A DNA stretch of 64,000 bases from Candidatus Multivoradales bacterium. GTDB lineage: Bacteria; Acidobacteriota; Thermoanaerobaculia; Multivoradales; JAHEKO01. The notes beneath the pieces are model-generated. The model made no database searches and was not told the DNA's origin. It saw nothing but the letters and a program-made list of their open reading frames with translations. The position numbers and the translations under genes were made by a program. Below, one piece after another: positions 62,389 to 64,000 of this stretch. The stretch covers positions 288,001 through 352,000 of the forward strand of contig CBDCVR010000015.1 of the NCBI GenBank assembly GCA_965223155.1, written 5' to 3'. How positions within the stretch are numbered: the stretch's first letter is position 1; every line of letters starts with the position of its first letter.

Positions 62389-64000
62389 ATGAACACCCTC
62401 TTCTCATCGGACGCCGCCGACCGCCTTTCAGCCGCTCCGTTCTGGACCCGGCACCTGCGACGCGAAGTGCAGTTCCTGCTGGATTTCGTGGCGCTGTCCG
62501 CGGCCTTCGCGCTCGCCTATCTGTTTCGCTTCGACTTCCGGATTCCGGCCGAGCAATTCGACAATTGGCTGATCCAGTTGCCGCTGGTCGTGCTGCTCCA
62601 GTTTGGAGCTCTCCTGTTTCTCGGGATCTACAACTTCGTCTGGCGGTACATCTCGATCGCCGAGATCCAGGCGTTCGTCCGGGCCGCCGCCTATTCGTCG
62701 GTGCCGCTAGTCGTCTTGCGCCTGGGACTCTCGGACAAGTTCGACATCTGGCGCATTCCGCTGTCGGTGATCTTCATGGACACGGTGCTGGCCTTCGGCG
62801 GCCTCTTGGCGCTGCGCGTCGCGCGCAGGGCTCTCTACGAGCGGCACGAGCGCGTGCGCCGGGGCGCCGCGTCCGACGATTCCCGGCCCAAGCGGGTCCT
62901 GCTGGTCGGCGCCGGCCGTGCCGGGGTCCTGGCGGTACGCGAGGTTCGGGGACGGGGCGACCTGGACATCGAACCGGTCGGATTCGTGGACGACGCCCGC
63001 GAAAAGCAAGACTCGGTGATCGCGGGACTGAGGGTCTTCGGAACCACGGCCGACTTGCCCAGGCTCGCCGCCATTCACCGGATCGACGAGGTCGTCATCA
63101 CGATGGCCGACGCGGACGCGCAAACGATCCGCCGCATCGTCGAGCTCTGCGACGAGGCCGCGCTACCCGTCCGGATCATCCCCGGTTACTACGAAATCCT
63201 GGATGAGCGGGTCTCGATCAGCCGCTTCCGCGACGTGCAGATCGAGGACCTCCTGGGCCGGGAGCCCATCGAGCTGGACGAACGCCGCATTCGCGAGCTC
63301 CTGACCGGCAAGAGTGTGGTGGTGACCGGCGCCGGCGGCTCGATCGGCGGCGAGCTCCTGCGCCAGATCGCCCGCTACAACCCGCTCCGGCTGACCCTCG
63401 TCGAACGCGCCGAGCCGCTCCTCTTCTCGGTCGAGCAATCCCTGCGCCGCGCCTGGCCCCACCTCGACATCCGATCCTTCGTCGCCGACATCAACGACGT
63501 CCAGCGCATGCGCTCGCTTCTGAGCCGGCGGACGCCTCAGGTGATCTTTCACGCGGCCGCTCACAAGCATGTGCCCATGATGGAAGACAACCCGTGCGAA
63601 GCGGTCAAGAACAACGTCCTGGGCACCCACGCTCTCGCCAAGCTGGCCGCCGAGTCCGGCTGCGAGGTGTTCGTCCTGATCTCGACCGACAAGGCCGTGC
63701 GGCCGTCCTCGGTGATGGGCGCGTCGAAGCGCCTGGCCGAGTTGGTCGTTCAGGCGGTTGACCGCACGAGCGACTGCCGCTTCATCGCGGTGCGCTTTGG
63801 CAACGTCCTGGGTTCGACCGGATCCGTGGTACCCATCTTCCGCGAGCAGATCGAGCGCGGCGGTCCGGTGACCGTGACCCATCCGGAAGCCACCCGCTAC
63901 TTCATGACTCCATCCGAAGCCGCTCAGCTCGTCATGGAAGCCGGTGCCATCGGCGCCGGCGGCGAGATCATGATTCTGGACATGGGCGAGCCGGTCGGCA
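62389..64000 (+). CDS. Membrane-bound UDP-GlcNAc 4,6-dehydratase (PglF/CapD/WbpM family), 3' truncated by window edge
   Basis: Read directly from ATG 62389 (absent from the ORF track): N-term TMs, LVGAGRAG, IEDLLGRE, TGAGGSIGGEL, FHAAAHKHVP, STDKAV, RFGNVLGS. Confidence 0.95.
   Translation, partial: MNTLFSSDAADRLSAAPFWTRHLRREVQFLLDFVALSAAFALAYLFRFDFRIPAEQFDNWLIQLPLVVLLQFGALLFLGIYNFVWRYISIAEIQAFVRAAAYSSVPLVVLRLGLSDKFDIWRIPLSVIFMDTVLAFGGLLALRVARRALYERHERVRRGAASDDSRPKRVLLVGAGRAGVLAVREVRGRGDLDIEPVGFVDDAREKQDSVIAGLRVFGTTADLPRLAAIHRIDEVVITMADADAQTIRRIVELCDEAALPVRIIPGYYEILDERVSISRFRDVQIEDLLGREPIELDERRIRELLTGKSVVVTGAGGSIGGELLRQIARYNPLRLTLVERAEPLLFSVEQSLRRAWPHLDIRSFVADINDVQRMRSLLSRRTPQVIFHAAAHKHVPMMEDNPCEAVKNNVLGTHALAKLAAESGCEVFVLISTDKAVRPSSVMGASKRLAELVVQAVDRTSDCRFIAVRFGNVLGSTGSVVPIFREQIERGGPVTVTHPEATRYFMTPSEAAQLVMEAGAIGAGGEIMILDMGEPVG

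Overview
High-GC bacterial chromosomal window (roughly 65-70% GC by eye; gene style suggests Acidobacteriota or a myxobacteria-like lineage, which is inference). About 1-33 kb is mostly housekeeping: an ABC substrate-binding protein, CPBP protease-RsbW-STAS, acyl-CoA dehydrogenase, glpX, a DUF4388 protein, mpg, dacB-hflC-hflK, a nuclease-DinG helicase fusion, a ferredoxin, thioredoxin/MauE, uvrA, PBP1B, an ABC-F ATPase, a BNR/VPS10 hydrolase, metH with a clear SAM-I/IV riboswitch, and metF. About 33-64 kb is a large surface-glycan locus that runs off the window end. It holds VanZ, two Wzy_C/ligase-type proteins, an OM beta-barrel, Wza, Wzc, a TPR protein, a separately transcribed secreted protein, nucleotide-sugar enzymes, a CMP-transferase module with no synthase, four GT4s, a PglC/D/E/F bacillosamine-type set and an NTP_transf_5 protein. 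I saw no rRNA, tRNA, CRISPR array or mobile element. The best leads are the orphan CMP-sugar module, a candidate protein-glycosylation/sorting module, the SAM-I/IV riboswitch, a degenerate LuxE-like protein and recurrent leaderless-type promoters. Family calls rest on motifs recognised by eye; no database searches were run.
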